Assembly: GCF_006345805.1 (NCBI RefSeq)
Contig: NC_043011.1
Coordinates: 32,252,464-32,316,463 of the forward strand
Direction of reading: 5' to 3'
From: Octopus sinensis
Taxonomy: Eukaryota
Length of the DNA stretch: 64,000 bases
Shown here: positions 53,329 through 64,000 of the stretch, in pieces
How the letters are laid out: every line of letters starts with the position of its first letter
Position numbering within the stretch: position 1 is the stretch's first letter
Program-made: the position numbers and the translations under genes
Notes under the pieces: model-generated
The model's input: only the letters and a program-made list of their open reading frames with translations
Databases searched by the model: none
Told to the model about the DNA's origin: nothing

Positions 53329-53551
53329 AAAGGCGGTGAGCTGGCAGAAACGTTAGCATGCCGGGCGAAATGCGTAGCCGTATTTCGTCTGCCATTACGT
53401 TCTGGGTTCAAATTCCGCCGAGGTCGACTTTGCCTGTCATCCTTTCAGGGTCGATAAATTAAGTACCAGTTAAGTACCAGTAATCGACTTAATCCGTTTG
53501 TCTGTCTTTGTTTGTCCCCTCTGTGTTTAGCCCCTTGTGGGTAGTAAAGAA

Positions 53552-53553
<2 letters not shown>
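53329..53553 (+). mobile_element. tRNA-like SINE family B (central TTTGCCTTTCATCCTTTCGGGGTCGATAAA motif, Meta/MESC-like)
   Basis: A-box-like GAGCTGGCAGAA, B-box-like GGTTCAAATTCC. Other copies at 562-765(+), 840-1100(-), 23667-23826(-), 40733-40950(-), 55616-55832(+). The domain name is from memory. Confidence 0.75.
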
Positions 53554-53587
<34 letters not shown>

Positions 53588-54463
53588 GCCTGCCTGGCTA
53601 CCTACCTACCTACCTACCTACCTACATCTCTATCTATCCAAATTTGGAGGGATATATCATCTGGGCGGATACCGTCATGGCTCTCAGTTATGCTCCAGGC
53701 TAGAGCTAACCACATCGATCACTATTTAATATCTATGACTACTATAACTTGTCAGTCACTCTGTAAATTCCTCCAATGGGTAATTCAGTGTTTGCTTCAC
53801 TGGGCCGTAATATTGTCTGGGGTATATATAAGCAATAATTATAATGACAGAGAATATGAAGACTTGTTCACACTCAAAATTTATTTCCTCTTATTTTAAC
53901 AATTTTATACAATATATTATTATGGTCTTTATGACCTACATGTGTTTCCACTGCATAGATTACAGGCAGTTGCGGATGCAACCTGGCATGATTTTCAATG
54001 CAGCTTCTTCAGGATCTGCCAATTTGACTAGTTTCGAAGCAAACTGAGTGGAATTAATTGTTTTGTGATAGTTCGGGGGGGGGGGGGGTGAAACTGAAAC
54101 CGGATATGTTTGCAGGCTTATGTCATTGACTTCAAATCCACACCAGTTGCTGTCTGAGGTCAGCGTTCGGTCCAGTTACGTCAACGTTGACGTTAGTGTT
54201 TACACAGGGCTCTTTGTGTACTGTTGTGGTTGAGTAGACTGTAGCTTTGATTTCAAGTGTAGTGCTTATAGTGTAATATGCTATATAAAATTGTAAAATA
54301 AGAGGAAATAAATTTTAAGGATGAACAAACAAATCTCTATGTTCTATATTGCAATAATTATTGCTAATATAAATATATTTTATAAATACATACATACATA
54401 TGTGTGTGTATATATATAATATATATATATATTGGAAGGTTTGGAGATGATGTACAGGTATTA

Positions 54464-54732
54464 TATATTAGAAGAAATGAGGTAATCAGAAGATCGGATG
54501 GTTCATATTTATAGATATTTATTTATATATTACATTTTTTACATATATATATCATATCATTCAGATCATATCATTCAGTTTGAAAACCCCACTAAAATGG
54601 GAGAAAGCGCTAATAATCTGAATGATATGATCTGAATGATATGATATATATATGTAAAAATGTAATATATAAATAAATATCTATAAATATGAACCATCCG
54701 ATCTTCTGATTACCTCATTTCTTCTAATATAT
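54464..54732. repeat. Long palindrome (115-bp arms, 39-nt spacer), Penelope-end-like
   Basis: 54464-54578 is the near-perfect reverse complement of 54618-54732. Confidence 0.85.
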
Positions 54733-54744
54733 ATATAACACACA

Positions 54745-54790
<46 letters not shown>

Positions 54791-55323
54791 TATATTTCAT
54801 TTTTGGATTTGGTTTGCATGATTCTTTATGTGAGTTTGTGTGTTGAAGTATATTCTGTTGTGTCTCGGGAGAGTCATTTTCTTTTTGTGCCTTATAATTT
54901 AACACACTCACCGGTAAAATTTCCACTTATATCTTATTTTTATTTCCCTAAAATTTTCGTTGCATCTTGCAACCCTTTCAATAGTCTTGACTCTGTCCGT
55001 TATTTACATTGCATTCCTTGTTGCTTGTTTGTGTGCATGTGTGTGGTTCAGTGTGTGTGTGTATGTGTGTGTATGTGTGTGTGTGTGTCTATGCATGTAT
55101 GTATGTGTGTGTATGTATATATGTGAGTGTATGCATATGTATATATGTATGTGTGTGCATCTCTATGTATGTATTCTGCATATTCATGTGCTTGCATGTC
55201 CGTGTTTGTGTATTTTTTATGTATGTCTGCGTGTGAGCATGTGTTTGTATATGTATGCACCTCTGTCTCCTTGCATATGTATGTCCGTGTGTGTGTGTGT
55301 GTGTGTTTTGCAATATATATATA

Positions 55324-56568
55324 CAGTGGTGGGCACAGCTAACCAAAAAGTTAGCTTCGCTAATCTGTTAACTAAAAAATTAACTTTGCACATGCTAAAC
55401 CACTAAACAGGTAAAATAATTAGCAGAAGCTAATGCTAATGGATAACTGCTAAATTTATCATATGAATTTAGCTTCGGTTTTTTTTTTTTTTGGCTTTAA
55501 AACCCTTAGAAACTGAGCTAGGGAGCTGAAATTTTCCTGTTGTAGCTAAAACATAGAGCTTTTCAAAAAGGTATAGCATGCTAAGATCAGATGATGATCA
55601 TAGTGTACTACTCTAAAGGTGGCGAGCTGGCATAGACATTAGCATGCCGGGCAAAATGCTCTGCCGTTACGTTCTGAGTTAAAATTCCGCCGAAATCAAC
55701 TTTGCCTTTCATCCTTTTGGGGTCGATTAAATAAGTACCAATTATGCACTGGGGTCGATATAATTGACTTAATCCATTTGTCTGTCCTTGTTTGTCCTCT
55801 CTGTGTGTAGCCCCTTGTAGGCAGTAAAGGAATAAGGTCAGATGAGGATCAAGGTGTACGCAAACAATTAAATAAACAAATGAAATTAAACATTAGTTTT
55901 TCAGTCAACATACATTTTATTTACTGTACAAAAAGTATTAAATGAATAAAAAAAGGTATAGTATAGCATGCCATGCTCAGATGATGATCATGGTGTGATA
56001 CTCTGGTTGGGCCTTCTTCATCACCTCAATGTGCTGCTGGTTGCCCTTCATAAACATCAGCCTCTCAAAGTTACCATCTGATAGGGTGGCTCTCTTGGCC
56101 CTCGAAATATCTTTGCCTAAAGAGAATAGGCATTCAACTGAAGTACTGGATGGAATGGTGGTGTTATACTTCATGACCAGGTCAATCAAGACCTGCTCAC
56201 CCAAAAAAGAGACTTCAATCAGGATTTCCTTCAAGACAGCCTCCAGCCAATTCTGTGCCTTAGACCTGTGGATCCTGCTCTCCTGGAACCAAGTGATGTT
56301 GCTGAAGAAATCATCTTCCTCACCTTCATTGCTGGTTGTGCTGCTGCTCTTCTCACTGGTCTCCATAAGGGCTGTCTCTACAATGGTCTCCATGATGTTC
56401 ATTACTCTGCTAACCTGGCTGTTATTATACTGCTCCTGCCAGAAAAGGTGGAACTTGGGGTGGAAGGCAGTGGCCAGCTGGTACTCCAGGTCTTTTAAGA
56501 GGAGCCCAAACCCTTTCGTGATGCCTGCCAGTATCGTGTTTACCAGAGGATATACAAAGATATACATA
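55324..56568 (-). mobile_element. hAT transposon 3' portion (dimerisation domain + right end)
   Basis: Open C-terminal ~195 aa with YNTTIPSSTSVECLFS...RATLSDGNFERLMFMK; terminal CAGTGGTGGGCACAGCTAACC with GCTAA subterminal repeats; SINE nested at 55616-55832. Confidence 0.85.
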
Positions 56569-57174
56569 CGTAAAAGCACCGTCCGTTCATGGCCGTTTGC
56601 CAGCTCTGTCTGGCCCCGTGTCGGTGGCACGTAAAAGCACCACCCGTTCCTGTCCGTTGCCAGCCTTGGCTGGCCCCCGTGCCGGTGACACGTAAAAGCA
56701 CCGTCCGTTCGTGGCCGTTTGCCAGCTCTGTCTGGCCCCCATGTCGGTGGCACGTAAAAGCACCATCCGCTCGTGTTCGTTGCTAGCCTTGGCTGGCCCT
56801 CGTGCCGGTGACACGTAAAAGCACCGTCCGTTCGTGGCCGTTTGCCAGCTCTGTCTGGCCCCGTGTCGGTGGCACGTAAAAGCACCATCCATATGTGTCC
56901 GTTGCCAGCATCGCCTGGCCCCGTGCCGGTGACATGTAGAAGCACCATCCGTTCGTGGCCGTTGTGCCAGCTCTGTCTAGCACCTGTGCAGGTGGCACGT
57001 AAAAAACACCCACTACACTCGTGGAGTGGTTGGCGTTAGGAAGGGCATCCAGCCGTAGAAACACTGCCAAATCTGACTGGGCCTGATGAAGCCTTCCGGC
57101 TTCACAGACCCCAGTTAAACCGTCCAACCCATGCTAGCATGGAAAACGGACGCTAAATGATGATGATGATGATG

Positions 57175-57175
<1 letters not shown>
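56569..57175 (+). mobile_element. RTE 3'UTR fragment with ~7 units of ~60-62 bp
   Basis: Alternating A/B units sharing GGTG(G/A)CACGTAAAAGCACC, then the RTE tail and (GAT)n. CpGs largely intact. Confidence 0.85.
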
Positions 57176-57208
<33 letters not shown>

Positions 57209-57910
57209 CACACACACATACAAATTTATATATATACATATATATATGTATGTATGCTACATACATGCATATATAACAGGCTTCTTTCAGTTTCCATCTT
57301 TGAAATCCACTCACAAGTCTTTGGTCGGCCCAAGGCTATACAATAGAAGACACCTGCCCAAGGTGCCAGACGGTGGAACTGAACCAAAAACTATACAGTT
57401 GCAAAGTGAATTTCATAACCACAGAACCTATGATAATGTTTTTCTTAATCATGATAATGTTTATAATTACAGGAACAGTGATGATGGTGGTGGTAGTGAT
57501 GATGGTGGTGGTGGTGGTGGTGGTGGTAGTAACTACTTCAGCACAAATATTTTCAGCGTGATTTATCATTATTAGAAAAAGAAAGAAAAACCCAAAAAGA
57601 TGAAAAAAAAAAGAATATTTATAGAGAGAAAGAATCTTATTGGCTTGAAATGATTAGTAATTATCTGTCCCACTAATGAAATGGATTTACTGGATAACGA
57701 AGTGAAGATAGCACCACCGTAAATGACACATTAATACTAGCATGAAAGACTTTTGTTTTAAAATTAAAAATTATTGTATTGTATGAAGAGAAAGAGACAC
57801 TGATGACTTTTTTTTTTTTTACCTTTTATGCTTTCTAGAAATTGCTATCATTTAAAAGCTGATCCAGAAAAATAGAAACAAAAACAAAACAACATATATA
57901 AAGATATACA

Positions 57911-57944
<34 letters not shown>

Positions 57945-58042
57945 CATATACACACACATACCCATATATATGTATGCATATACATATATTTATATGAATG
58001 TATATAAATATGTGTGTATATATATATATGTATATATGTATG

Positions 58043-58073
<31 letters not shown>

Positions 58074-58286
58074 ATAAATACACATACATATCTGAAAATA
58101 TGGAAAAACACATATACATATACTCAGTGTAAAAAACAATATAGATATATATAATAATAATATATATATATAATAATTAATATATATATATAATAATTAA
58201 TATAATATATAATATATGATATATATATATATATATTATATATATATAATAATAATAATGTCATTTATCATATATATATATATATT

Positions 58287-58332
<46 letters not shown>

Positions 58333-58362
58333 CTATATATATATATCTATATATATTATATA

Positions 58363-58418
<56 letters not shown>

Positions 58419-58670
58419 GTGCTTTTTACATTCACCACCAGCACCACTGCTCCAAAAGAAAAAAAAAAAAATTTGATTAGATAGCAAACAGAAATATTTT
58501 GTAAAATCTTCAAAGTCCAGCAATCACAATTAATATTATTTGTTCAATGTTGTTGTTAGACTATTGATACAATTGATGCAGTCAAAGACGTACATTCAGC
58601 ATTTATTTTAAAACACAAACACTAAGCACTGCATGCATACATGTTACCAGGCTTTTGAAGCTGGATTATT

Positions 58671-58707
<37 letters not shown>

Positions 58708-59023
58708 TATTATTATTGTTGTTGTTGTTGTTGTTGTTGTATTCTCTTTTGAGAGAGAAAGTGAGAGGATGGAAGTTAAACTGTATCTAAATTGTTTCCA
58801 GACATAGTGAAGACTTCCAATTTTTTATTACATACACACCCATATGTATACACACACATATATATATACACATACATACATAATATATATATATATACAA
58901 CTACATACATATATATATATATATATACTAATATACATATAAATATATATATATTAACTATCTATATATGTATATATATACAATATTATATACTGTATAA
59001 TATACATGTGTATATATATATAT

Positions 59024-59073
<50 letters not shown>

Positions 59074-59185
59074 TATCTATATAAATACATCATACATATA
59101 TATATATATAATATATATACATACATATATATAAATATATATATATATATACTATAATAATATAAAATTATTATATATATATATA

Positions 59186-59223
<38 letters not shown>

Positions 59224-59246
59224 CATATAGATATATATATTAATAG

Positions 59247-59302
<56 letters not shown>

Positions 59303-59977
59303 ATATAAAATATAATATATATATATATATATAAATATATATATATATAAATATATAATATATATATATATAATATATAAACAATTCACAATTAACTTGA
59401 GCAATGAATGATAACCAAAGAATTGCTCAAAGGAATTAATTACTCGATGATTTTTCTTTGCATATTTATTGCAGAATATTACTGTGGTGAGTGTATTCAT
59501 ATATTTATTTTTATAAAAGTATTTCCCTTTTCAACTGCATCCATTAATTGACAAAGTTATTATTATTTTTGTTTTCAGTAATTTGCACTAATTAACTGTA
59601 CATAATCTACACCGGTTCTATCACTAGTTCTGTTTTGTGTCCTTTCAAAAACATTTAATTCCCTAGGTATTGTTTGTTTTGGGGTTTTTTTTTTTGTTGT
59701 CTTTTTTCACCTTGCTGCAAATAGATAGATAGATCAAAGGTTCAGAATGGATTCATCATTTCAGCATTTTCTTTGGAGAAAGCAATCTTGATTAATTTCT
59801 TCTTTTAAATAAAAAAAAAAATATATTTCACTAAAGATTTGAAATAATTTTCATGTGATTAATGACATGGTTTCGTTTTTGTTACCGTGTTACTAATATA
59901 ACAACTCTGTCTTATAATTTACTCCACAAATTGCAGCCTTTGAAAACATCATGTGTGTGTGTGGGGGTGTGTGTTCA

Positions 59978-60021
<44 letters not shown>

Positions 60022-60057
60022 AACACACACACATACATACATACATACATATACATA

Positions 60058-60090
<33 letters not shown>

Positions 60091-60205
60091 TTGATAAAAA
60101 AAATTCAAGGCAATGCCCCAACATGGCCATAGTCTAATGACTGAAACAAGTAAAAGATAAAAGAGAAAGATATGTACACACACAACAACACACATATTAT
60201 TTATT

Positions 60206-60245
<40 letters not shown>

Positions 60246-60447
60246 CCACACAAACACACACACATACATAATATACATACATACATACATATACATATGT
60301 GTGTGTGTGTATATATATATATAATATATTTGATAAAAAAAATTCAAGGCAATGCCCCAACATGGCCATAGTCTAATGACTGAAACAAGTAAAAGATAAA
60401 AGAGAAAGATATGTACACACACACACACACACATATATATTTATTTA

Positions 60448-60497
<50 letters not shown>

Positions 60498-60565
60498 AAC
60501 ATAAACGTATACAGGTGTGTATATCTATCTATCTATATATGCATACATGTTTGAATATATACGTA

Positions 60566-60596
<31 letters not shown>

Positions 60597-60695
60597 CTTT
60601 CTTGACCCCCCCCCCGCACCCCTATGTAGGGTTTATTGTGATCATATAGCGCAAAAACTGTGAAATTTATGCAGGTTGTAGTCTAGAGTCTCAGT

Positions 60696-63600
60696 ATGAT
60701 ATCTGGCAAATGCAAGCTTTCTTTTCAGGTACATAACACTGCTGTCCCTCATCCCAGGGTCTCAGAGGCCCACACCTCCCACACCCTCAGGGTGGGCACC
60801 CTCAACGTTGGCACATTGAAAGGTAGGTCTGGCGAGATAGTCGAGATGCTTGAACGGAGACGTGTTGATGTATGTTGTATGCAAGAAATAAGGTGGAGAG
60901 GAGGATCTGCTAGGGTCCTCACAGGCAAGGAACACAGGTACAAGATTTTCTGGGCAGGGAACACTGACGGGGTTGGTGGCGTGGGTATACTTATCGCTGA
61001 GAAATGGATAGATAGAGTAATTGAGGTAATCAGAGTAAGTGACAGAATACTTAAGATTAGAATAGTGCTTCATAATAGATTAGCAACCATTATATCGGCC
61101 TATGCCCCTCAGCCAGGGCTACCCGATGGACAGAAAGACAGTTTCTATGACACCCTACTGCAGACCACCTCATCGACGAACGACAGGGACCTTCTCTTTG
61201 TGGCTGGTGATTTCAATGGGCATGTTGGACGACATGCTGGGGGCTTCCATGGCGTACATGGAGGCTACGGTTATGGTTCCCGCAACGAGGAGGGAACCAG
61301 GCTGCTGGAGTTCTGCGATGCGAATAGTCTTATGGTCTGCAACACTAACTTCAGGAAACCAACAAGCCACCTGGTCACCTACCGATCGGGCCGGCATACT
61401 AGCCAAATCGACTACATCCTTGCCAGAAAAAGGGAAAGATGGCTGCTTATAAATGCCAAAACCTTCCCAGGCAAAGAATGCACCCCACAACATAGACTGG
61501 TAGTTAGTGACTTTAGGATCAGGACTAAGAGGGCGACTAGAAGACGACCAACATGGAGAAGAAGGGTCTGGAAGCTTAAAGCCCCTGCGAATGGACAGAG
61601 ATTTAGAGATATGTTACTTGAAGCCTTTGACGAAGTGGAAGGGGGTATAGCTACACATGGGGTAGAAGACAACTGGACGTTTCTGAGGGACAACCTGCTG
61701 AAAGCCGCTGACCAGATCTGTGGCTGGTGCAAAGTCCCCTTAAGACCCAAAATAACGTGGTGGTGGAACAATATTGTTGACAGGGCTATTAGACAAAAGA
61801 AACAGGCTTGGAAGGCCTGGAAGAACGGTGGTAGCAGGGAAGGGTATCAGACTGCCAGAAGGGAAGCTAGGAGACAGGTCTATCTAGCCAGAGGGGAAGC
61901 AGATAAGAGAAAATTTGCCAATGTCCTGCGCCGTGAGGATGAAAGACTTGAGGTATTTCGTGTTGCAAGACAGTGTGTGAGAGAGAATCGTGATGTGGTA
62001 GGAGAGAAATGTGTTCGCATGGAGGATGGTTCACTTGCGCTAAATGAGGATGCAAAGAGAGAAGCTTGGAGACGCCACTATGAAAGGTTACTGAATGAGG
62101 AAAATGAATGGGATAAAGAGAGTCTGCCGAATGTTGACCCTACAGAGGGACCAGCTATCCGAGTTGATAGTTCCGTGGTAGCTAAGGCAATTAGAAGCAT
62201 GAAGACAGGGAAAGCCCCAGGCCCATCAGGAATTACTGCAGAGATGCTCAAAATATCTGGCAGTGTCGGCTATAACCTAGTCACCCGTATAGTCAACCAG
62301 GTGATACACGAAGGAGTCATACCCAATGACTGGTGCAGCAGCATACTAGTCAACTGCTACAAAGGTAAAGTGATGCCCTAGATACAAATAATTACAGAGG
62401 TATCAAGCTGTTGGATCAAGTAATGAAGGTTACGGAGAGGGTCATAGCCCAACTAATTAGAGAGAGAGTTAGTTTAGATGAGATGCAGTTTGGGTTCGTG
62501 CCAGGGAAAAGTACCACTGATGCTATATTCCTGGTAAGGCAGCTGCAGGAGAAATACCTAGCCAAAGATAAGCCCCTGTACCTGGCTTTCGTTGACATGG
62601 AGAAAGCTTTTGATAGGGTCCCCCGATCCCTTATCTGGTGGTCAATGAGGAAACTAGGGATAGATGAATGGCTGGTGAGGACTGTGCAAGCCATGTACAG
62701 AGATGCCGTAAGTAAGGTTAGGGTTGGCAACATGTACACAGAAGAATTCAAAGTAGAGGTTGGGGTCCACCAGGGTTCAGTACTCAGCCCCCTCCTATTT
62801 ATCATAGTACTCCAGGCAATTACGGAGGAATTCAAGACAGGCTGTCCCTGGGAGCTCCTCTACGCTGACGACCTTGCTCTTATTGCTGAGTCACTATCAG
62901 AACTGGAGGAGAAGTTCCAGGTGTGGAAGGAGGGTTTAGAATCAAGGGGCCTTAGAGTCAACCTAGCTAAAACCAAAGAAAGGTAGACAATCCACAAATA
63001 TCTTCAGGAAGATGGCCCTGCTCGATCTGTAGAAAAGGTGTAGGTAGAAACTCTATAAGATGTACCCAGTGTAAGCTATGGACACATAAGAGGTGCAGCA
63101 ATGTCAAAGGTAGGCTAACTGGGAAGATAGTTTTTGTATGTGGCAGATGCTCGGGAGCATTAACCTCCGAAAATCTGCAGAAAACAACTTCCGTCACTTT
63201 CCAGGGGGAAAAACTAGAAGTAGTTGATAGCTTCCGTTATCTAGGTGACCAAGTCAGTAGTGGGGGTGGGTGCGCTGAAAGTGTAACTGCTAGAATAAGA
63301 ATAGCCTGGGCAAAGTTTAGGGAGCTCTTACCTCTGCTGGTGACTAAAGGCCTCTCGCTCAGAGTAAAAGGCAGACTGTATGATGCGTGTGTACGAACAG
63401 CCATGCTACATGGCAGCGAAACATGGGCCGTGACTGCTGAGGACATGCGTAAGCTCGTGAGGAATGAAGCCAGTATGCTCCGATGGATGTGTAATGTCAG
63501 TGTACATACTCGACAGAGCGTTAGCACCTTGAGAGAAATGTTGTACCTAAGAAGCATCAGTTGTGGTGTGCAAGAGAGACGATTGCGCTGGTATGGTCAT

Positions 63601-64000
63601 GTGGCGAGAATGGATGAAGATAGGTGTGTGAGAAAGTGCCAATCCCTAGCAGTTGAGGGAACCCGTGGAAGAGGTAGACCCAGGAAAACCTGGGACGAGG
63701 TGGTGAAGCACGACCTTCGAACTTTAGGCCTCACTGAGGAAATGACCAGAGACCGAGACCTTTGGAAATATTCTGTACGTGAGAAGACCAGGCAGGACAA
63801 GTGAGCCCAGCCCACTTATGAATGCCTTTCCTCCCTTGGACACAAAGACCGGTTGAGGCAAGCGAAGTCGATATAGAACCTCATCCGACGACAGACACCC
63901 ATGCCAACCCCCCATGCTTGCGAAGACATGTTGGGGCAAGCGAAATCGAAATCGAAACCGAATTGAACCAGCCAGGATCCCTGGCCTGGTGGTACGTAAA
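60696..64000 (+). mobile_element. Near-full-length RTE-clade LINE (APE endonuclease + RT + Cys-rich finger), frameshifted
   Basis: ORF 60696-62381 has APE motifs (TLNVGTL, QEIRW, SAYAP, GDFNGH, SQIDY). After a -1 nt lesion near 62369, RT motifs follow (DMEKAFD, GVHQGSVLSP, LYADD). A further deletion near 62980 precedes the C-terminus ending TGA at 63804. The 3'UTR runs off the window. Confidence 0.95.

Noticed and set aside
56569-57005. CRISPR-like look: conserved ~19-nt core with ~40-nt spacers (also 11657-11950)
   Set aside because: The spacers are homologous alternating units, the array is embedded in an RTE 3'UTR ending in (GAT)n, the context is eukaryotic and there are no cas genes.
57826-57861. 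36-nt minus-strand segment with a strong acceptor and gtaaaa donor
   Set aside because: Stop codons in all three frames and no other support.

Overview
AT-rich, repeat-dominated eukaryotic DNA, most likely from an Octopus (coleoid cephalopod) genome; this is inferred from the SINE, RTE and MITE families present. There is a 100-N assembly gap at 40034-40133. One host gene is supported: a minus-strand PSTPIP/Cdc15-type F-BAR gene. Its coding exon 1 is at 35573-35535 (MAYSFVDSFWVNN, good Kozak, in-frame upstream stop), followed by a ~20.8 kb intron 1 and a 101-nt exon 2 at 14704-14604 (IEEYISTTGFDIVWKRMKGSQKLGKDVEEYLKS). Exon 3 was not found and probably lies left of the window. The rest is transposon relics and microsatellites: tRNA-derived SINEs, a near-full-length frameshifted RTE LINE (60.7-64 kb) with many 3'-UTR fragments, R4/Dong-like RT, mariner/Tc1/hAT/piggyBac-type elements. 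Most ORFs in the supplied track are microsatellite artefacts. The most interesting signal is a set of small Penelope/retrozyme-type elements carrying minimal type I hammerhead ribozymes with palindromic stem III. These include a tRNA-Ser-headed SINE-like element with a hammerhead tail, and two terminally redundant monomers (~490 and ~352 nt) each with a partial inverted copy; the ~490-nt one has an intact catalytic core in sense in intron 1. There are also stereotyped ~120-bp-arm/37-39-nt-spacer palindromes and several local templated duplications. All assignments come from reading the sequence; nothing was searched or folded computationally.
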